Shown: piece by piece, positions 26,960-41,869 of the stretch
How the letters are laid out: every line of letters starts with the position of its first letter
How positions within the stretch are numbered: the first letter of the stretch is position 1
Assembly (NCBI GenBank): GCA_012026655.1
Contig: JAAILG010001168.1
Span: 1 to 64,000 of the forward strand
Direction: 5' to 3'
From: Hydrolagus affinis
Taxonomy: Eukaryota
Length of the DNA: 64,000 nucleotides
Notes under the pieces: generated by a model
Told to the model about the DNA's origin: nothing
Seen by the model: the letters and a program-made list of their open reading frames with translations, nothing else
The model's database searches: none
Program-made: the position numbers and the translations under genes

Positions 26960-29900
26960 GTAAAGATTTCAAGCTTTATTGAATATTATTTTGTAACAGC
27001 TACAATGCAAGTAGTTGTCCCAAAACACGACTGCCACACAGGAGAAAGATGAAAAAGGCCATCTTAAAAATAGTATTTGTAGCACATCTAAATGTTTTTC
27101 TTGTTTTGCCTTGTATCTGATCTTACGCTGTCAGTTGCTAATCATAAGCCATGTTCTATTTCTAGTGATGCACAAAGCCCATGATTTTATTTTGCTAGGT
27201 AGAAAAAATGTTTAAAAATCCTTTAAAATATTACAGCATTACCATAGTAATCTATTGCTAGATTTGTATAGGCATCTTGCAACATTCGGTAAATCCCATT
27301 ATTTTTACAAAATGTGCACAGTTTTCCAATAGCTTAATTTTATAGTACCAGATGATATAATTTATGTCATTTGTGATATATAGATATTTTACATTTTGTC
27401 TAATTAACTAGTGTTAATGCATTTTTGTGGTATGTTGCATCTTTCGTCTTTTTAGGGGGATATCTGTTCCTGTACAATTTATTCATTTATTTATTCATGG
27501 CATTGCTTATACACTCCCAGGACCTTAATTGCTTTATCTTAAAAACCTAAACCATAGACAATCCTTAGTAATCTTTTTTGAGCATCATTACTTACCTCTG
27601 CATTTATTTTACAATCATTTGTGTAATAGACACAAGGTTCAAATTCAGAATTTTAAAATCTATATTGTTGATATTTTATATCTAACTTTCTGCTTCACTG
27701 ATGAATAACATAAGTTACAATTAGTTAAGTATCTTACAATCTGAATTCTGTTATCTTCTAAGCTTGCACCAAAGATAGTTAACCAAATTTGTAATCTGTG
27801 CAGTTTCTGCCAGGCAATCTACTTCAATTTTTTTGTTAAATAACATGTGAATAAAATTTAATACAAAATTCTCATATCAGACAGCTGGAGGTACAGTTTC
27901 ACTATGGATCTAAACTGGAGTAAACCAGTCATCTAAGTCACATTTGAATTAATTTCATGGATGGTTGCTAGTGCTAGCACCAAATGTTCCATTCCCCAGT
28001 CTTTAAATTAAAGAGCAGAAATGTGTAACAAACTTGTTTCTCACATTTCCATTCCTGTAGTTTTTTTCCCCCTGTCTTACCCTCAAACCACTTCTTTGCA
28101 GAGCTTCCATCATATTTTCGCTTCACTCTGGGCCATTCTCTTTCTGCTTTGTTGTGTAGGGGTTTTTTTTATCCCTCAAAAGATTGGCATGTTCGTGACT
28201 TACTCACCTTCCGAATTATCATCCCCTTGCTGGGCTCTTTCCTGTTTGTAACCTCATCATTGTGATCGTGACTGAACTTCCAAACCCTTCTCTCCCTCAA
28301 AAGAGGACTCTGTCAACTGTATTATTCGGTCACTTGTCAGTCTCTCTTGTACTATTCCTTCACTGAGCTACACTTCCTGTCTTGGTCTTTTTGCATAAGA
28401 CTGTTGGTTGAAAAGTTTTGTAGATTATGCACAAATTTCCATACATTTACCAGTGCTTTATAGTGTACATCTGTAGCAGTCAAGACATTTTTGGTTTATA
28501 CTTAAATAGAAACATTAGTTTTTTTTAAAAAAAATCATCAGCATATTTATTTTAGATAACTGAGGATGCTTTGAAAGCCTATTTAATAATGACAGCTGGG
28601 TCTTTTTAGATTGCCCTGCTGTAGCATCGATTTGACTAGCATGACTGTCTGCAAAGGTGTAAAAATGCCCAGATCCCAAGGCTAAGAATATGAAGGTTTT
28701 GCATCTTTTTTTTAACACAAGAGTGACCATCTTGTCTAAATATTTAATCTTTGCAGCCACGTTTTTCATGTGCTATATCCTCGGCTCATGCCCTGTGCAT
28801 TCCTTTGTCTTGTGTTTTGTAGGTGTAGAGAATAACCTACTTTCCTGACCATATATTTGTAAAAGTCCAACTGGATATCTGTGCTATTAAATTAACTAAT
28901 TCCCTGCACAATGTGATCATGATGTCACTAGCAACAGCCCACATCCACTCTACAGAACTGCGCTGCTGCCAATGCTCTATGATGTGAACCATTTAATGTG
29001 CTATTTTGCTGTGGCCTGGACGACAAATATTCTTCTGGAATCGGAACAACCTAATGAGAAACATTGTACACAAGGTATTTAAAATAACCTCAAAGTAATA
29101 TTTATATGTAACTTCCTATTGCAATTTTTGCACATATTCATTTTTTATATCCCATATGTCATCCTTTAATCCCAAGAAAATGGGTGGATGTAAGTACAGT
29201 ACTCACAAGCTATCAAATGCCTCATTTTACTGTTGTGCATCTCTATATGTCCTGGTTGAGAAAAGGAGCCTGCTGTGCAAGCGATCCTAGGCATGAAGCT
29301 GCATTTTTGGCCTAGTGCATTGACCATTACAGCTAAGGGCATCTTGCAAATTCAATCTTTAGCAGTGAAAACCGTTGTTGGAGAAATTTAATGGGTTTAG
29401 CTTGAAGCCACATATTTTCCAGTAATAGCGGCTAAAGGACATATTTAAAAACAGTTTCTAACCCCTTGCACTCGCTCTTCAAATAACCTATCAGTAGTAT
29501 TAGGTGAGATAGTAGGCCAAATAGTACTGGTACATAATAGAAAATGTTGTATTTTCTCAAAATTGTTATCCTTTAGGTCTTCTTGCTGCCCAACTTTTGA
29601 CATCTTGTATATTTCTATGCGTTCATTGTTTGTTGTACTTGAGATGTCCCCTACGAGGGAATTTAGTATTCCCTAGCTAGCTTCTTTGTTTAGCCTTTCA
29701 TAGCAGTAGATCTGGAAACCTTAGTTACTTCAAAAGGGAATTTACACTGATTTATTTTCTTCTGAGATCTGAATTTCCTCAAGAGTCGGTGGTTATCCAT
29801 CCAGTTTGTCCACTTGATTTCAACATAGTATTCCTACCACACACAATGGCAATTGTTTGAACCATGACAGATTTGCACCTAGAATTTGGCTGCTATAATT

Positions 29901-32900
29901 AGGTGTCTTATCTTTCTCTTTCAAATCAAGATATAGAAAAATATGAGCATTTTAGGACTCCTTGCATACACGAATCTGAGCAAGTAGAGCTCTAATAGAG
30001 GAGCAAAATACCTAAATTGTTTTCTTGTCTGGTTATACTCTTGTATTAGGGTTTTAGGTACATTGGAAAATAATAGCAACAGGTTTTATAAAATTCCAAG
30101 CTTGAACAGTAACTAGTAATTAGTATTCCATCAGTATGTATGGCTTTAAAACCTTTATCTATTCATCATTCAATACTTCAGTGGGGTTAAGACTTCAGAA
30201 ACTGAGCCATTGCTCAAGATTTCTAAGTTAGTGTTCTGTGCACTGTGATTTTTTTTCAGGTTATAAAATTAAGCTTTGTTTTTGCAGGCATTTAGGTGGG
30301 ATACTTACCTTAATCCTCTTATGTTTGTGTGCCTGGAAGTCATGGCTGTTTGCATGGCTTAGGATTGAATGATTCTGACGTAGTTGGAATTTTGAGGTCA
30401 AGCTAACCTTTTCTATTGATCCTTTATTATTGCATTTTCTTTGCATTTTTTGTGTTGACTTGCTAACACAAAATAGATTGTCTGAAATAGTAGTTTAAAA
30501 CTATAGTAGCAATAGGTATGCAACACACTTATAATTTCAACCCTGTATTTGTTCAGCTTTGCAAAACTTAATTCAGGCTCTTTAGCTGATAACAATGCAA
30601 AATATTTCACACAGCGCACTGATTATAGAATTTCTATGAAAAAAATTCTGAAAGTAATTGCCAGTTCATTGAAAAACTGCATGGCCATATATTTGCATCC
30701 TTCCAAATGTGCTTCACTTGAAAGTGTAGCGGGCAACTTATTTGTCATTGTCTCGTTTGAGAGTTGTACAAGTCAGCCAATCCTTTCTTTATTTTACCTG
30801 GCTTTAAAGTATCCCACCCTTGTTTTTTACCGCTCTTCAAGACGTTGACTTTTGCTGGGGTATGGATTCTGCAAACAACCAGCTCCCTCCCCCAGTACCT
30901 TAGTCAAGTGTCAATTCTTCATGTATGAATGTAGGGCCTGGCAGTGAGGTTCATCAGTGGGGACATTGCAACTGAGCCTGAGTCTCTGCACCAATGAATG
31001 AACAGTTCACCAAAAAAGAAATACACTGTACAGTATACACTTTGCTATATATATCTTGTGAAGTGCTTTGAGACTATTTCCTGACGTGAAAGGCACTATA
31101 TCAAATGTAAGGGGGGAAAAAAATCTTTCAGTTCAGCCACGACAACCCTAGGTGTTTTTCCCTCCCCACTGTGGTCTGCAGGTACTGAGCTAGAGAAGGG
31201 GGTTAAATTGCTGACCCAACTGATACCAGCCAACATGATAAATCAACAGCATCTAACAATTAAAAATATATATATCCTAGCTACAGTACTTATTTAACAT
31301 CTTTGGTAACATTTTATTTGGTAGAATACTGACGGCATAAATAGATCAATATAGCCATCCCTTGACAGAGCCTGGGGATCGAACCTGGGACATTTTGAGA
31401 TTTTATCTTGTTTGATTTCTGCTGCAACTTCACTGATTCAGCCATTGGGAAAGCTGAATCAAAGGTGTTTAAAGTCACTGTTGTTGTTTTAATATGAATA
31501 AAACATTGGCAAAGTATCCTCGTCCAACATCCCTTTTCTGTGCCCCAGATACCGAACACATCAAAACAATCCATCCTTCAGTTTGCTGAGATGTAAGCTG
31601 TTTGTACTGCTATTGGATGCATTATTTGCCGACAGAATTTAAAAAGATAATGTTGGTGAAACACACTTTTGTATCAGGCCTTCATCTAAACACAAACATT
31701 AACTAGCACAGTAAATGTAGTTTAGCTTTGTATTCTTGTTTTCAAAAAAATATATCTTTTCCATTTCCATTCATTTGAATTTTCCTCACAATACCAAGCA
31801 TCAGGGGAACCAGCTGATGATTGCTGAGGTTGCTAGCATTGCTATTACTGATATCTGTTGAACAGTTATAATACAAGAACCTAAAGTATTCTGCTATTGA
31901 TTGATGGGGTTGCTTGTGTGATGGGTTTAAAAGAAAAGTTTGCTTTCCTTTTACTCTATTTGAGATGAAACTTCACACTTTTCAAACTTCTGCTGATATT
32001 AGCTTTAAAAGAAGCTTTTTAAACCTTTGCGTTTTGTCAGTGATATCACCTGGTGTCATCATTTACATTCCTCTGAGTCTTGTGATATTTTGGATACACT
32101 TTCTTATTATTAGAATGTCATGTTCTGCATCAATTTGCATTTATTTTGATGGTGCTGGTAGCTGTTACACACACATGTAAGAAACTAGGAGCCCACCCCC
32201 AAAAAATCACCTTAGCCGTGAAATCAGCGCCCTTAAATTCTGCTGTCTCTGAGACATTTATAATACACGAGTGCAGGTTATTAAGGACACAGTTCCCACT
32301 GTTCCATTAGTGTTCCTGCTTTCTCAACTGCTTACTAGAGACTATACTGACGAGCAGACAATTTATTCTAAAGGTGAGGGCCTGCGTTTCATCTCAGAAC
32401 AGTAGAAATATTATAGAAAATAGTAGGAGGCTTGCACAGTGCAAGGTTCAATACCTACTAAGCTCATGTCTTATGGAGTAGGGTTTAACCTGTTCAGGAG
32501 TGTGTGGAACTTCTAAACTGAGTACAGTACATGGTAAATGGTAAATACGATTGGCCTTTGACTCACAGCAGGGAACTATTCCAGGGTAACTAACTGAAGA
32601 TTTGTTGTGCAAGTGACAAACAATATATTTTGTTGTATGGAGTGAAAATGAAGAGAATAATTGACAGAAGGTCGTTTCAAATTTTAAAGATGAATTAATT
32701 CAAAAAACTGTATAATACACTAAATTCTAAAATTATTGCAATGGTGCCTGCAGTATATTGTGTGATTTACACTCTTAAGGCCTACAGAAAGTCATCACTT
32801 TTCAAATATATTGGTACGGTTTCACCAGTGTAATGTATAACCTTTTTATTGTGCATGGTATTTTTACAATAACTTTCATAGGCTCACACCTATCAAGATA

Positions 32901-33337
32901 AATCTTGGAGTATTTTACGATGACATTAAAGTCAGATACTGAGCTGAGATCGGAGGAGGTTACCATAGGTACAGTTGAGGTAGGTTTTAAGTTGAGAATT
33001 GAAGACTGATAGGGAGGGGGTTTGAAGTGAGGGTGTGTAGAATCTGAATTCTTAAATTGTAGTTTCCTTGTTGCAAGCTTATATTTTGACCAGTCTCATG
33101 ATAGGAGCCTAACATTGCTTTACTGCATACTACTTTGAGTAGTCATTATGAAACTTGTGCAAATCAGTGCTTGTCACAAGGATGTTTTCTAATAATAATA
33201 TCCTTTTGATATAGTGCCTTATCACTTCTTGATAACACTGTACTCATTGAGAGCAATTTGAATAAATTATTTAATTCACAATGACTATCATAATTTTTTT
33301 AATTTCTGTGCTGAAGGTGTAGCTGCATAGATAAAAA

Positions 33338-33656
33338 TGAATAATAATCCATTCATTTGATATAGGCTTTTCATGTCTTCTACACGTCTCAAAGCGCTTC
33401 ACAGAATATGAAAAGTGAATTGACTGTATATATATAATATACATATTGACTATATATATATAGGCAAAAAGTGACAGCCAATTGCGCACAGCAGTGTCCC
33501 ACAAACAGTCGTGGATTGAAATGACCAATTTTTTTTAATGTAATATTATTCTGCGTGTGGAGTAAATAAACTTGCCCAAGGTTTCACCCTGCCCGGAATT
33601 AACCCAGATCCCTCACTTGTACGGCTGGTGCTCAAACTAGTGAGTTACAGGACCCC
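33338..33656 (-). mobile_element. Full-length tRNA-derived SINE
   Basis: Reverse complement of the family head, body and tail. Confidence 0.9.
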
Positions 33657-34859
33657 TATTTACCTTAGTAGCTTAGTTATACAAATAATAATCCTCCCAT
33701 TTGATATAGCACTTGATCGCATCATTGAAAAGCCAGAATGCCCATCACAGAAATTAATGTACTGTAGAGACAATAATGTTGTCAGCAAATTTAGCTGTAA
33801 ATGTAAAATAAGAAATTGTAGTTTGTGCCATATTCGGGCTCCTGGTTTGGTGAATTGCTTATTGATGACACTTGAATGTAGGGTTGAAAACAACTTCTCT
33901 AATAAACGTGACATGTGAGTGTGGGCTTTGCACTCTGAACTTTCACCAAGAGCACAAGTTCATTTCAATGTTGCTCAACCTACTACCTAGATCAAAAGAA
34001 GGGTATATCTTTTTTGTGTGTGTGTAAATTCTGGGTGGATCGTGTGCCTCTCAGATGACCTGCTGAGAGGAAAGGGTGTAATGTTTGCCTGGCAAATATG
34101 TCCTACGATTTCTATCTGTGAGCAATCCTCATCATTTCCCTGACATGACAGCCTTTGTGTATTCAGCAGGGGGCAATGGTTGAAGCATGGGGACAAGGTG
34201 TGGTTGATGAGGCCAAGATAAATGTACAAAAAGGCCAGTGTGTGGCTGACTGGGTTTTCTGTGTCGTTTTTTAATTTCAGTTGGTGAAAATGTTTCGCCC
34301 CTTTTCATCCTGGTGCCTTATCTTAGCTTTTGATCTAAGTGAAGCTGCAGCCTTTCAAATTGAACAAACCTTGCTTCAAATAGCCTCTTCAGCTTCTGAC
34401 AAGATGTACCTCATTTTCACTCAGAGCCTTCAGCAAGGTCACACCTTTTTAATTTATTTTCTGTAAGGAAATCTACCAGGTTGATAGAACAACTGCCAAA
34501 CGTAGCTAGAGGTCAGTCCTGTGGCTAGTCATATAACGAAAGGATAAAAAGCAGTTAAACACTATGGATCACAAAGTGGGATGCTATTAACTGTAGCAAG
34601 TTCCATTTATTGAAGATGTTGTTTATCTTGCCTATTTTTAGTGTTATGTGCGGTTGGGGGAAAAAATGCATCAGAAACTTTTATGAAGTTTGTTTGATTT
34701 AGCACCATTTTATGGGAAAGCTTATGGAATTCAATTCAAATATTATCAATTTGTTAATGTATGATCTGGTCCTGTATCAAGCTTTTCTCCAAACAGAAAT
34801 GTAGGACTATCTGATAATTGTTTGAAACAAAACCATTATTGAACTTCAACCGTTGCCAT

Positions 34860-35016
34860 TAATAATAATCCTTGCATTTGATATAGTGCCTTTTCATGTA
34901 TTTGAGACAACTCAAAGCGCTTCACAGAATATACTGTAAAGTTGTATATGTTTGTGGGAGATGTGCGGCAGCCATTTGTGTACAGCAGTGTCCCACAAAC
35001 AGTCATAGATTGAGTG
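34860..35016 (-). mobile_element. SINE 3' half
   Basis: aataataatccttgcatttgatatagtgcc...cagcagtgtcccacaaacagtc. Confidence 0.9.
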
Positions 35017-37189
35017 CATTGAGACACAATTTTCTCAAGTGAATGTTTTGTTCAAGTGACATGTTCTACAATACTCATGGCTTAAATTGCCTTGAATTTT
35101 GGATACTATTGGTACGATATATATTCAGCACAAGAATTTTTTGAAAACTATATCTTCAACAACAAAATTTTAGTCTACATTTACATTGTGGCTAGCAGGC
35201 TAGGTAATCTCACAAAATGAATATTTCTGAAAACTGATTACAATTCTATGCTATTGATGTACCAAAAATTAACCACATGATAAAGGCAAAGTGGTTACAG
35301 AACATAGTTCCATTCAAGTTTTTTGGGAAAAAAACAGAGTAGCAGAAACAACTGCTTTACTGTTCTTGCTGTCAGCCCTTTGATGTGAAGAAGGCTTCTC
35401 TATTCTAATAACAAGTTTTAACTGGTCAATTAGTGTCATCTTGGCAAGGAGTGCCGTTTGCATTGCTTCAAAAGAATTGGATCCTGTGGCTAAATTAACT
35501 TTTTATTTGATATGACTACAAGAATAAAGTGTTTGACATTCTTTCCAAAATGGCAAGAGCATCATGCTGCTGTATTTTATGCTAGCATTTGTACTGCAAA
35601 TATTACACCAATCTGGAAGCAATGCAAAATGCATATGGTGCACTGAGCAATGAATGTGCCAACCATTTAGCCTTCATCGGCTAAGTGGAACATAAAGGGC
35701 AGAAAAGATTTTGAGAGTGAATATGTTTCAGATTTATGCTTGTAGAGCAGCCCCACCCACCTCCACCAAGTGGATTCTGGATTTATAAAAATATTTGAAG
35801 CCAGTAGATTACATGTAGCTTTCATTAACACCCTGCTATTGTCGATGCACTATATTTAAGCACAAAATACATTTGAACGTTATTCAGTAACCAACAGTAA
35901 TTGCATCAGATTGAAAACTTCAAAATAATGTGTTAATAACCACCTTTGTTTATGTAGGTTAGGGGTTCTGATGTGTGTTGTATCCGAATGGGAATACAGT
36001 TACATTATGCAATCTAACAATTTACCAACATGACAGACTTAACAAATCTATTTTAGCTTTTTTTGTCATACCACCAGTGGTAAACACCTCAAGTTGCTTT
36101 AAGTGTCTTTCAGATTCACGTGCTACAGATTATCTTAACAAATGACTACATTTCCTTGTTGATGTGAAGTTATTTTCACATTGTATCACACTGGAGTTGC
36201 CTTAAATGGAAGCAATGTGTAGACTACAGTACTGTACTCCTGTACAGCAACAAAAGGAGGGGATTTGGGGTGACCAATGGGACAGTGAAAGAGGAGGGTT
36301 TTGAGGCAAAATTCAGTGACAACTTGAATAATACATTGTATACATCATATGCATACCTGTGCAGTATATGCTGCTAGCCTTGTTATCTCAAACATGCAAA
36401 TTTTAAACTTGAATAAATCAAATTTCAAACTAAATCCGATGCGCTTTCCAAAGAACTAGCAGCAACCTAAAATGAAAGAGTAATGTATTTGCACTCATTT
36501 AGAAGTATTAGCTTTACTCTTGAGACCTTTTATTATATATCTGCCTTAATTCTCTTTAGCATCAATACTATTCATGAAAATCCATTGATAGATTCTGGAA
36601 AAATGACAATGTTCTGCAACCCACAAGATACATGCACAAATGCCACCAAAATCTTGTAAGGGGAATTATTTCCTATGCAGTATACACCCATTTCTATATT
36701 AACACACTAACTTTTGTTCACCTATTAGTTTATCATGTACAATTGGTATTCACTGTAATTTGAACGCTAAGTTAACAAGTATTCGTATTGTAATTCTGTT
36801 TGAGATATGAAGACTCTTCACTTTCAAATATTAAACCTTTTCTATTAATCAACAATCTACAGGTCCAAGAGAGAACAAATGGTCGATTGCAGATAGGAGT
36901 CTACACATTATGATACATTTTGACTGCTCTTAATATTAAATGGAAAAAGGACTGTCATCATAATTCTAGCTACTGATTATAACTGCGCAGTGCTGGTGCC
37001 AGTGAGTCTGAAATGAAAACAAAGTTCTCAAGAAAAATGTTCTTGCAAACCTAGAATAATTACAAGGCAGATTCATACATTAATTTAAACCACACAAGTC
37101 TTTACTTAACCTTTTATTTTAATACATTTTATACAGCAAGAGGGTGTTTGTGTGAAAAAGCTGTGATGGCAATCTATCAAAAATATGTT

Positions 37190-37515
37190 CTCTCGCCTCT
37201 GAGTCTGATGGTTGTGGGTTCAAGCCTCACTTCTGGACGTTGAACTCACAGTCTAGGTGCTACCTGACTGTGTGCTGCATTGTTGGAGTTGCCATCCTTT
37301 GGATGAAACATTAAACTGAGATTCTGTCTACCTATTCACATGGACATTCAAGATCACATGACACAATCCAGAAAGTGAAGGAAGTTTCTTCTGGTATCCG
37401 GGCCAACACTCCCCCAAATAAAATTAACCATTGCTGTTTCTAGTATGTTGCTGTGTGCAAATTCGTTACCGTTTTCACTTCCAAACAAAGTTCATATTAT
37501 ACTTCACAGCATTCA
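37190..37515 (+). mobile_element. tRNA-headed Deu-domain SINE (SacSINE1/AmnSINE1-like), old
   Basis: gtgggttcaagcc B box, and gtgctgcattgttggagttgccatcctttggatgaaacattaaac Deu-like core. Confidence 0.7.
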
Positions 37516-37521
37516 CAGCTC

Positions 37522-37621
37522 NNNNNNNNNNNNNNNNNNNNNNNNNNNNNNNNNNNNNNNNNNNNNNNNNNNNNNNNNNNNNNNNNNNNNNNNNNNNNNN
37601 NNNNNNNNNNNNNNNNNNNNN
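37522..37621. other. Assembly gap (100 N)
   Basis: Run of n. Confidence 1.
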
Positions 37622-37790
37622 TCAATCCACGACTGTATGTGGGACACTGCTGTGCGCAATTGGCTGCCGCGATTCGCCCACAAATATATACAGTCAATCA
37701 CCTTACAGTATATTCTGTGAAGCGCTTTGGGACGTTGATAAGATGTGGAAAGCGCTATATCAAATGCAAGGATTATTATTATTATTATTA
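37622..37790 (+). mobile_element. Young SINE 3' half abutting the gap
   Basis: Nearly identical to 40490-40656. Confidence 0.9.
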
Positions 37791-38344
37791 TACCCTGGGA
37801 ACACTCACTTTGCTGCCGTGAAAGACACCATATCCAATACAAGAATAATTATAAAAGGATAACAGAGTTCTGTTGTTGCTAGATTTTTCTCCTCTTTTAT
37901 ACAATTAGATTTTTTTTAAAGTCTGGGGTGGTGTGGAAGTGAGATAAAAGGGAATACGTATAAAGCACAGAGCAAATAAAGTATTTTCGTTTGAACTGTA
38001 AATAATTTCAAAATCAGTACTTTACGTACAGCAAGAATATTCTTCTTTCAGTACATTAATACTGTTGCCCTTCCTTCTGCTCTTGGCAGTTCTGTGATCT
38101 GTGGTATGCAGAGGAGCTGACCAAGTATTGGGACATGTTCAATGAACTTGTCCTACATGAGCCTTGGACAATCGAGATGATCCACAGATACTTTGCCCAT
38201 GCAAAACTTCAGTTATCGTGAGCTTCTAATCAGGACTGAATTTCAGGGTCAAACAGCTTGAGTTTAGAAAGTATTGAATTATAGTTTTTTTTTTGGAAGT
38301 TCAGTACTTTCAATAAAGAGAGATCCCTCTAGGATTTCATTTAA

Positions 38345-38778
38345 TAAATAATAATGATAATCCTTGCATTTGATGGAGCACTTTTCACATATTCTAGACA
38401 TCTCAAAGCACTTCACAGAATATACAGTAAAGTGAATTGACTGTATATTTATGGGCGAATTTCCCTTCATGTTCCAAATAAAGAAGTTTCTGGGCCCACA
38501 TATAAATGAGGTTGTTGTCTCAGGACTTTGGAGCACTAAACTCACCACAAATTGAGCTGGCACATTTGCCTAATGTGTCATGACAATGATGTTTAACTTC
38601 CAGCGCGAAGAAACTTTCATATTAAACCTTGCCATTTAATGCAGCATTACATCATTGAGACGTCTCAAGTGCTTCACAGGACATACTACAGAGTGAAGTG
38701 ACTATTCTGTAGGCAAAACGTGGCTGTCAACTATGCACAGTGACGTCCCACAAACTGTCGTAGACCAAGTGACCAAAT
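38345..38778 (-). mobile_element. Two SINE 3' fragments (38345-38460 and 38625-38778)
   Basis: Reverse complement of the family tail and body. Confidence 0.75.
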
Positions 38779-40320
38779 CAAAAGAGTATTTATTTTGCAC
38801 ATCCATCGTAATATACATTTGCACCAGTCTCAATATCTCATAAATAGAGGTAATGAAAATAATTTTGCGTTAGATAACCGAGTTTTAGTGATTCAAAATG
38901 TATTACAAAAGGCTATGATCTAGATTTTGTTTTATTTTCATTTGGAATGTTTTAGTAGCATTGCTAATTGTAGAAATATTGCTGCAGGGTCTATATTTAA
39001 TTTACAAACAGTAATTAAAAAGAATTCAAAGAGTTGAATGCAAGCAGAATTCTCAGTGTTGCTACCTTTCCTTGAGGATACACACTGATATTAAATCATT
39101 CATTGCTGAAGGTAATCTGCATGTAAATTATATTTGGAGGTTGTTGATCAATCCGGTTGTGGAAACTGCACAGAATATGTACCATGTTCCGTTTTATGGA
39201 CTGGTTTAAGTAGAACTTTACTGCAATCCTGCAAAATGAACAAGTTGATATTGCTTCAACAGTCTGTTGTAAAGTAGTTGATTTACATTGTGCCATTTTA
39301 GAACGTTGAGGTAATACATACAGAATATTGAAATGTTTGGAATCATTATAGATACCATGATTTCATTGCAGTAATGCCTTTTCATATGTCAAATACAATA
39401 GACAAGCAGAGTCTTTTTGTGTGATTGGCTGGATCAAGTTTCCCATCTCTACCAAAGACACATAACTTTAACACCTGTGTGTTTTTTGGACAGTGTTGAT
39501 CAAACATTATGAGGTTGCTGCATCTAGTTCTCTGTACCGTATACTGAAATATTAAGTGATAACTTGTAGATTTCTTTGTTTACATTACATTAGTTACACT
39601 GTGGCACTGAACTGGTCTTGTGAATAAATATATATTAGGAAATAATCCCAAAGACTTGCTAAGTATGTCACGCAATATCCTAAACAAATTAAAAATTGTC
39701 CGTACAATCACATACAGTAGTCCCAGTTTACAGCCAACATTTGAAAATGAATGAGATTTGATACTCGAATCCTTACTTACACTTACAGTATATTTGTAAT
39801 GGTTGTTCTATCTAGCTACTTGATCAATTCTGTCAGTTGTTTACTTTGTGACAATTGCTTTCATTTTGAGTCCCAGGCTGTTTGAGCAATTCTTTTCTCA
39901 TTACTCTGCTGCTCCCTGGCTGTTCCTCTTTGACTATTCTTTGTCCGTTGTGCTTCTTTTACAAACTAATTATATTCACGTGTACATTTTGGATATCAAA
40001 GACTGGAATATAGCAAATTATAAACATCTGCATTAATAATATGAAAAAATTTAACTGGTTCTTTTAGAGCAATCAAACACGACAATAAAGATCCATCTAT
40101 ACAAGATCCTTAATGATATAACTTGAAATATCCTTGTAGTTAAGACAGTACATGTTTGCAACAATCCTGTTAATTGTTTTTCACCCAATGGTACATCCTC
40201 TAACTTTAAAATGTGTACCAATACCTTCCATTAGATTTGAAGCAATGTAATAGAGTGAAGCTCTAAATAGAATAAAGTTATGAATAAAGTTTTTATGAGT
40301 TATTCAGAAAGTAATAACTT

Positions 40321-40656
40321 GGAGCTCCTGTGGCTCAGTGGTTAGAGCACTTGTCTTGCAAGCTGGGGAGACCAAGCTGGGCTGACCTGTTTTCGAATCC
40401 AGGCAGGTCAGGGCAAAACCTTGGGCAAGTTTCCTTCACACGCCTAATAATAATCCCTCCAAAAAAAACCACAATAATAAAATTGGTCATTTCAATCCAC
40501 GACTGTTTGTGGGACACTGCTGTGCGCAATTGGCTGCCGTGATTCGCCCACAAATATACAGTCAATTCACTTTACAGTATATTCTGTGAAGCGCTTTGGG
40601 ACGTTGATAAGATGTGGAAAGCGCTATATCAAATGCAAGGATTATTATTATTATTA
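40321..40656 (+). mobile_element. Full-length young tRNA-derived SINE
   Basis: tggctcagtggttagagc head, ttcgaatcc B box, retained CpGs, (att)n tail. Confidence 0.92.
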
Positions 40657-40984
40657 AGTACTTTATGGCACCCCTTCCTCCATTTAAAGCCTGCCATGCA
40701 GAACATCAATAGATTTGACATCATCCTAATACTCACTTTTGCCCTTATATTACAATACAGTACTTCAGAAATCAGACATTTGACTATATGAATCGGTGCC
40801 TCAGTTAAGCACACCCTGTTTGCTGTCATCACAGTATTAAGAAACTGATGAGTATTAAGACTGCACTCTACAATATCAATGAAAGATACCCTCAAAGTTA
40901 AAATGTATGTTTTAAGAGCATAACGATGGTAAAACAATATTTTCAGGAATGTAGCTTATTACTATCGCTTCAATTTTCAAAGTA

Positions 40985-41869
40985 CAGTAGAAGCCCGTTT
41001 ATCCGTGACTCGATGCACCGGCATTTCCGTATAACCGGCACGCCAAAAAAAAAAAGTCCCCATTCGATAAACCGGAACTTATCTGGAACAATAGCAGTGG
41101 AGCATTGATAAATGCATAAATAATAACATAACAGAATACTGCATTGGCACTCACTGTCAAAACTACTTTCCCGTGCCCCCCACCCCCACTGGTAGATGCT
41201 GCGCTTGAAGCCATGATGCTGCGGTTGAGGTTTCCAGTCCAACGACTCCCCCCAAAATGGAGAATGCCAAGCAGGCAAAAAAAACGGAGCGCATATGACT
41301 TTAAAGTCATACTAGCGGCAAGCCAGTAACGCTAGCCGATAGCTCACATTGTCGCTCAAGTGTAGTATTTTGGTTTGCTGCTAGTAGAGTCTAGGGCTTC
41401 GGCCTGCAGCTAGTAAAGTCGCGCGACTTTAAAATCGCGCTGCCACTTCTTTCACCCGCCTGGCGCCCCCCATTCAAAAAAGAATCGCTGGACTGCAAAC
41501 CCCAACCAGCAAAGGTGAGAAGCGCAAGAGAGCAGCCCCAACAACAATCAATCAAAACTTGCATTTATATAGCGCCTTTCACATCGAGAGGATGTCCCAA
41601 AGCTCTGTACAGTTAGGTAGGGACAAGAGCAGGGGGAGATTGGTTGGGGCAGGATGAAAAAGAGTAGGAAAATTGACTATATTTGACAAGCACCAACACA
41701 ACATTCTGTCTCTATCTTCCATTACTTAGTCTGGTGTGTATGGTGTGAGGTAAAAGAACTTTAATTTTTTTGCAGTGGGTTTTCGGCCGCAGGCCACTCG
41801 AATATCCGGCATGCGCTTTAACCGGCATTGACCAGGTCCCGCGGATGCCGGATAAACGGGCTTCCACTG
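40985..41869 (+). mobile_element. Non-autonomous pogo/Tigger-type (Tc1/mariner superfamily) DNA transposon
   Basis: 21-bp TIRs cagtagaagcccgtttatccg / cggataaacgggcttccactg (1 mismatch), TA on both sides, CpG-rich interior. Confidence 0.9.

Noticed and set aside
28823-29074. Possible exon (tttgtag| ... caag|gtattt)
   Set aside because: Stops occur in all three frames. An inner acceptor gives phases incompatible with the neighbouring exons.
37431-37862. ORFs of 66-143 aa
   Set aside because: They read through the N gap and SINE sequence.
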